Assembly (NCBI GenBank): GCA_045613785.1
Contig: JAZLBQ010000003.1
Location: 32,001-96,000 of the forward strand
Direction: 5' to 3'
Source of the DNA: Candidatus Enterousia sp.
Lineage (GTDB): Bacteria > Pseudomonadota > Alphaproteobacteria > Rs-D84
Length of the DNA: 64,000 nucleotides
The first letter of the stretch is position 1, and the number at the start of each line of letters is the position of its first letter. Made by a program: the position numbers and the translations under genes. The notes beneath the pieces are model-generated. The model was not told the DNA's origin and made no database searches. It saw only the letters and a program-made list of their open reading frames with translations. Positions 62,190 through 64,000 of the stretch are shown here, one piece after another.

Positions 62190-63318
62190 AAAATTGAAAG
62201 TTTTTATAATCGCTGGCGAAGTGTCTGGTGATGTTTTGGCCGCACGAATTATGGCTAATATGCCTGATGCCGAATTTGTCGGTGTTGGCGGTGAAAATAT
62301 GCAAGCGTTGGGGTTGCGGTCTTTGTTTCCAATGTCTGATTTAGCGGTTATGGGTGCGGTAGAGGTTTTGGCCAATGCACGAACACTGACACGTCGTATT
62401 CGGCAGACTGTTGAGGCGATTGTTGAAGAAAAACCAGATGTTGTTGTTTCTGTGGATGCACCAGGATTTGTAAAAAGTGTTATAAAACAAATTAGAAAGT
62501 GTCCAGATGCTCAAAAACTGATTAAAGATGGTTTAAAGTTTCAACATGTTGTTGCACCTCAGGTTTGGGCGTGGCGACCAGGACGTGCCAAAAAGTATGC
62601 ACAGATTTTTGATAAATTGTATGCCTTCTTTGATTTTGAAGTTCCTTATTTTACAAAACATGGTTTGGAAACAGTGGCTGTTGGGCATCCAATTGTAGAT
62701 GCTTTGGTTGGAAAATATAAAACATCAAAAAAACAAGAAGAAAAGATTATCACGTTGGTTCCTGGCAGCAGAATGAACGAAGTTAAACGTTTGTTGCCAT
62801 TGATGCGTGAAGTTGCAGAACAGTTGCATAGAAATGGGTATATGGGATATAATTTTATTATTCCAACTGTTGAGACAACTGTTGATTATGTTCGTCGTGA
62901 AGTCGCAAAATGGCGTGTAAAACCAATTTTGGTGCCTGCAACAGAACGATATGATGTTTATGCAAAAACATATATTGCAATCGTTGCCAGTGGCACAGTG
63001 TCCGCTGAGTTAGCAATGTTGCATGTGCCGACAATTGTTGTTTATAAAATGAATCCGATAACTACATGGATAGTTCGTCAGATTATTCGGGTGAAATGGG
63101 TTTCATTAGTAAATATCTTATTAAATTCGGGCGTGTTTCCTGAATTTTTAGGACCAGCGGCGACTGCTGAAAATGTGTTAAATGCTGTGCAACAACTGAC
63201 AATTCCATCAAAACGTGAAAAGATGATTGCAGGGTTAAAAAATGCAGATTCTATGTGGTGTCGTGATGATGGTGGTGCTGGAAAATTGATTGCAGAAGGA
63301 ATAAAAAAATCCGTATAA
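62179..63318 (+). CDS. lpxB: Lipid-A-disaccharide synthase
   Basis: AGEVSGD, AVMG, DAPGF, APQVWAWR, PGSR, ASGT. Confidence 0.95.
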   Translation: MQNKKLKVFIIAGEVSGDVLAARIMANMPDAEFVGVGGENMQALGLRSLFPMSDLAVMGAVEVLANARTLTRRIRQTVEAIVEEKPDVVVSVDAPGFVKSVIKQIRKCPDAQKLIKDGLKFQHVVAPQVWAWRPGRAKKYAQIFDKLYAFFDFEVPYFTKHGLETVAVGHPIVDALVGKYKTSKKQEEKIITLVPGSRMNEVKRLLPLMREVAEQLHRNGYMGYNFIIPTVETTVDYVRREVAKWRVKPILVPATERYDVYAKTYIAIVASGTVSAELAMLHVPTIVVYKMNPITTWIVRQIIRVKWVSLVNILLNSGVFPEFLGPAATAENVLNAVQQLTIPSKREKMIAGLKNADSMWCRDDGGAGKLIAEGIKKSV

Positions 63319-63376
63319 ATACGGACTTTTTTTTATGGGTGTTTTTTATAGTATTTTTGTTCTTTAGTTTCCAGGG

Positions 63377-64000
63377 TTATTCAATACCTTCCGGCATTGT
63401 TGTTATGCTTTCATTGTCGTTTTTACAAGTTGTTTTCTCTGAATCGGCGCTTTCGGTGACGGTATAATTCAGAGGACAGACCTGGTTAAGGTTTGTGATT
63501 TGATCTTGGGTGCACCAGGAATCTGCACTGAATGTTTTGTCTACAGTCTCTGGAAATTTCAAACCTGTGCAATTGGCGTCTTCTGCTAGAATTGGTCTTT
63601 TGGTTCCGTCTGTATCTGTTGTTTCTCCAAGTGGTGCAACAGGTAATGCAGCAACACATTTTGCGGATTTTCCCCATTTGCTACGACGAGCACCATTTTC
63701 CCAGCATAAACATGCACCCCAAGATTTTGTTGCAACGGATAGGTTGTAATCACGTGGACACATGTTTTCACCGTCGGAAATTTTATATACTTCCGTTATG
63801 TTGTCGTCGTTAAATTTTGCCAGGCAGAGATTGTTTGGGTCGTATGTGTTTTCTTTGATGAATTGTATTTCGATGAAACGACCTTGCAAGTTTGTGCATT
63901 GGGTTGTTAGAATTGAGATTATCTGGTTGTAAACTTCTGTTGCAACACCTGTTGGACGTGTAAAACGATGGTCGATGAAGCCTGTTTCTTTTTTTAGTCC
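63377..64000 (-). CDS. Cys-rich hypothetical protein (partial, C-terminal part only)
   Basis: Frame of ORF 63377..63889 stays open to the window end (GLKKETGFIDHRFTRPTG…); many Cys. Confidence 0.7.
   Translation of the reverse strand, partial: GLKKETGFIDHRFTRPTGVATEVYNQIISILTTQCTNLQGRFIEIQFIKENTYDPNNLCLAKFNDDNITEVYKISDGENMCPRDYNLSVATKSWGACLCWENGARRSKWGKSAKCVAALPVAPLGETTDTDGTKRPILAEDANCTGLKFPETVDKTFSADSWCTQDQITNLNQVCPLNYTVTESADSEKTTCKNDNESITTMPEGIE

Overview
Gene-dense, roughly 40% GC chromosomal segment of a Gram-negative bacterium. Rho, LpxA/LpxB, RodZ and a bactofilin-M23 pair point to a compact-genome alphaproteobacterium, perhaps the uncultured gut Rs-D84/'Enterousia'-like group; this taxonomy is inference. 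It is mostly housekeeping genes in scrambled order (tdk, htpX, prmC, eno, rho, argS, dusB, uvrA, rlmE, rnhA, tkt, hisS, prfA, aroK, mscL, tlyA, leuS, rpiB, lpxA, lpxB). It also carries four tRNAs, a MarR-linked YbhGFSR-like ABC/TolC efflux operon, three M23 peptidases, outer-membrane barrels/autotransporters and several secreted Cys-rich unknown proteins. I saw no prophage, IS or CRISPR array. Main observation: a near-canonical dif site (51484-51511) lies in a 1.5 kb non-coding region and the GGGCAGGG (KOPS) octamers I found converge on it from both sides, yet the G+T-rich bias of the + strand does not invert there. This fits unidirectional chromosome replication with the origin next to dif, which remains a hypothesis. 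Other oddities: a tRNA-Leu with an AAG anticodon, an orphan overlapped spanin pair after rho, a stand-alone Ffh M-domain lacking its RNA-binding motifs, tRNA-linked palindromic repeats, strong GCGC avoidance and candidate small RNAs. All motif counts were made by eye and are not exhaustive.
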